Part shown: positions 62,305 to 64,000 of the stretch, piece by piece
Numbering within the stretch: the stretch's first letter is position 1
How the letters are laid out: the number at the start of each line of letters is the position of its first letter
Source: Octopus sinensis
Taxonomy: Eukaryota
DNA length: 64,000 nucleotides
Reading direction: 5' to 3'
NCBI RefSeq assembly: GCF_006345805.1
Contig: NC_042998.1
Span: 143,158,001-143,222,000, forward strand
Program-made: the position numbers and the translations under genes
Notes under the pieces: generated by a model
Told to the model about the DNA's origin: nothing
Databases searched by the model: none
The model's input: the letters and a program-made list of their open reading frames with translations, nothing else

Positions 62305-62796
62305 TGTGGGTATGGTAGTGTGGTTAGGAAACTTGCTTCTCAACTATATGGTTTCAGCTTCAGTTCTATTGCATGGAATCCTGTGCAAGTGTGTAAACTA
62401 CAATAGCTCCAGGCTGAACGAAGTCTTGTGAGTGGATTTGGTAGATGGAAACTAAAAGAAACCAGTCATGTAAGTGTATGTGTGAGTGCGTATATATATG
62501 TGTGTGTGTGCAATGATAAGTGACCAAGACCTTTGGCGATATGCTGTGCTTGAGTAGACCCATCAAGCCAAGTGAAATCATAGTCGTGGCCGATGCTGGT
62601 GCTACATAATCAGCACCTGCGCCGGTGGCACCATAAATAGCACTCATTACACTCTTGGAGCGGTTGGCATTAGGAAAGGCATCCAGCCATAGAAACCATG
62701 CCAAATCAGATTGGAACCTGGGGCACACCTCCAGCTTACCAGTTTCAGTCAAACCGTCTAACCCATGCTAGTATGGAAAACAAATGCTAAATGATG

Positions 62797-62798
<2 letters not shown>
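62305..62798 (+). mobile_element. SINE family A head followed by RTE 3' end (SDQDLWRYAVLE...AK*, 3' UTR, GAT tail)
   Basis: gtgaccaagacctttggcgatatgctgtgcttgag...ccaagtga, then ggttggcattaggaaaggcatccagc. Confidence 0.75.
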
Positions 62799-62841
<43 letters not shown>

Positions 62842-64000
62842 CCTTTCTCTCATATATAAATCAAAACATTAAAACAATTAAATTAATTTAACCCTAGGTG
62901 ATTGAGAATATTATTAAGATTTATATCTTTAAAAGTTTCATGGTACACAGGAAAGTCAAACATTTTTTGGTACTTGGAAAGCATTAAAAGTTAAAGAAAC
63001 ACTGAACAAGCTTTCATCCAGCCACATTGAATAAAAGAAGTAAATGCAATCAATCAAAAATTAATAGAGTCAACTGTTGAATATTTCATTAGTATCATAT
63101 TTAAATCGTTTAACGTCCGTTCTCCATGCTAGCATGGGTTGGACGGTTCAACCGGGGATCTGGGAAGCCAGAAGGCTGCACCAGGCTCCAGTCTTATCTG
63201 GCAATGTTTCTACAGCTGGATGCCCTTCCTAACGCCAACCACTCCGTGAGTGTAGTGGGTGCTTTTTACGTGCTATCATCATCATATAATGTCCATTTTC
63301 CATGCTGGGATGGGTTGGATAGTTTGAATGGATCCAATGCATCAGAAAACTACATCTTGCTCCAATATCTACTTCCGTATCATGCCCCATCATCTACTAC
63401 TGGATCCCTTCCTAATGCCAAATGCTTTACAGCATGTGCTGGGTGCTATTATTCATGACACCAGCACTAGAGAGGTTGTTATGCAATCTACAAACCTAGG
63501 ATCCCCCATAACTGAGTTGGGTTACAGAAGAGAGGAAGGCAGTTTTATGCAATGATATGAGGGTTATGATGAGAGAGAAGGGGCCAGAACAGATTTCTTA
63601 TTGTAACAAAGCTACACACATTAAAAAAAAAAGGAAAGGCCTGCAGTGATGGCGAGGACTTGGAATTTGTAGCAACCATAAGGGTTCTAGTTTTGTATCA
63701 TCTTTAAGATGAGATGGAGTTACAATACTATTTGTTTTCTTGATATGTTCAGCAATGTTCTCCAGTTATCAGTAATCCACTATTATAACCCATCAAATAA
63801 TATATTTCTTAACAAAAGACTAGACTAAAAAAGTCTATTAAAGACACGCATCTAATTACCTGAATCAGTGGCTATGGTGGCATTAGTAAATTCACCCAAA
63901 ATCTCGGAAGACAATTCTCTTAAACAAGATATCAGTTATTCTGACAAACATACTGATATTTATCTTGTTAACAATTAGAACAGGTTTCAGGAAATACAAG

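Overview
AT-rich, repeat-dense eukaryotic DNA; the SINE/RTE/MITE repertoire and intron sizes suggest an octopus (inference). The only host gene found is MAU2 (Scc4, cohesin-loader subunit) on the minus strand. Sixteen GT-AG coding exons span 26569 down to the stop at 893 (1533 nt, 510 aa + stop, frame consistent across all junctions). The N-terminal ~95 aa are not in the window, so 26570-64000 appears to be part of one very long intron, and its 3' end carries a U12 (minor spliceosome) branch-site signature. The rest is intronic: several tRNA-derived SINE families, 5'-truncated RTE LINE ends with (GAT)n tails, decayed mariner/Tc1/Tigger transposases, TTAA-specific and hAT MITEs, a Helitron remnant with STPR-type repeats, micro/minisatellites, and several Penelope-type minimal hammerhead-ribozyme motifs, mostly in the MAU2 sense orientation. 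Most ORFs in the supplied track are spurious. Exon coordinates were counted by hand; repeat boundaries are approximate.
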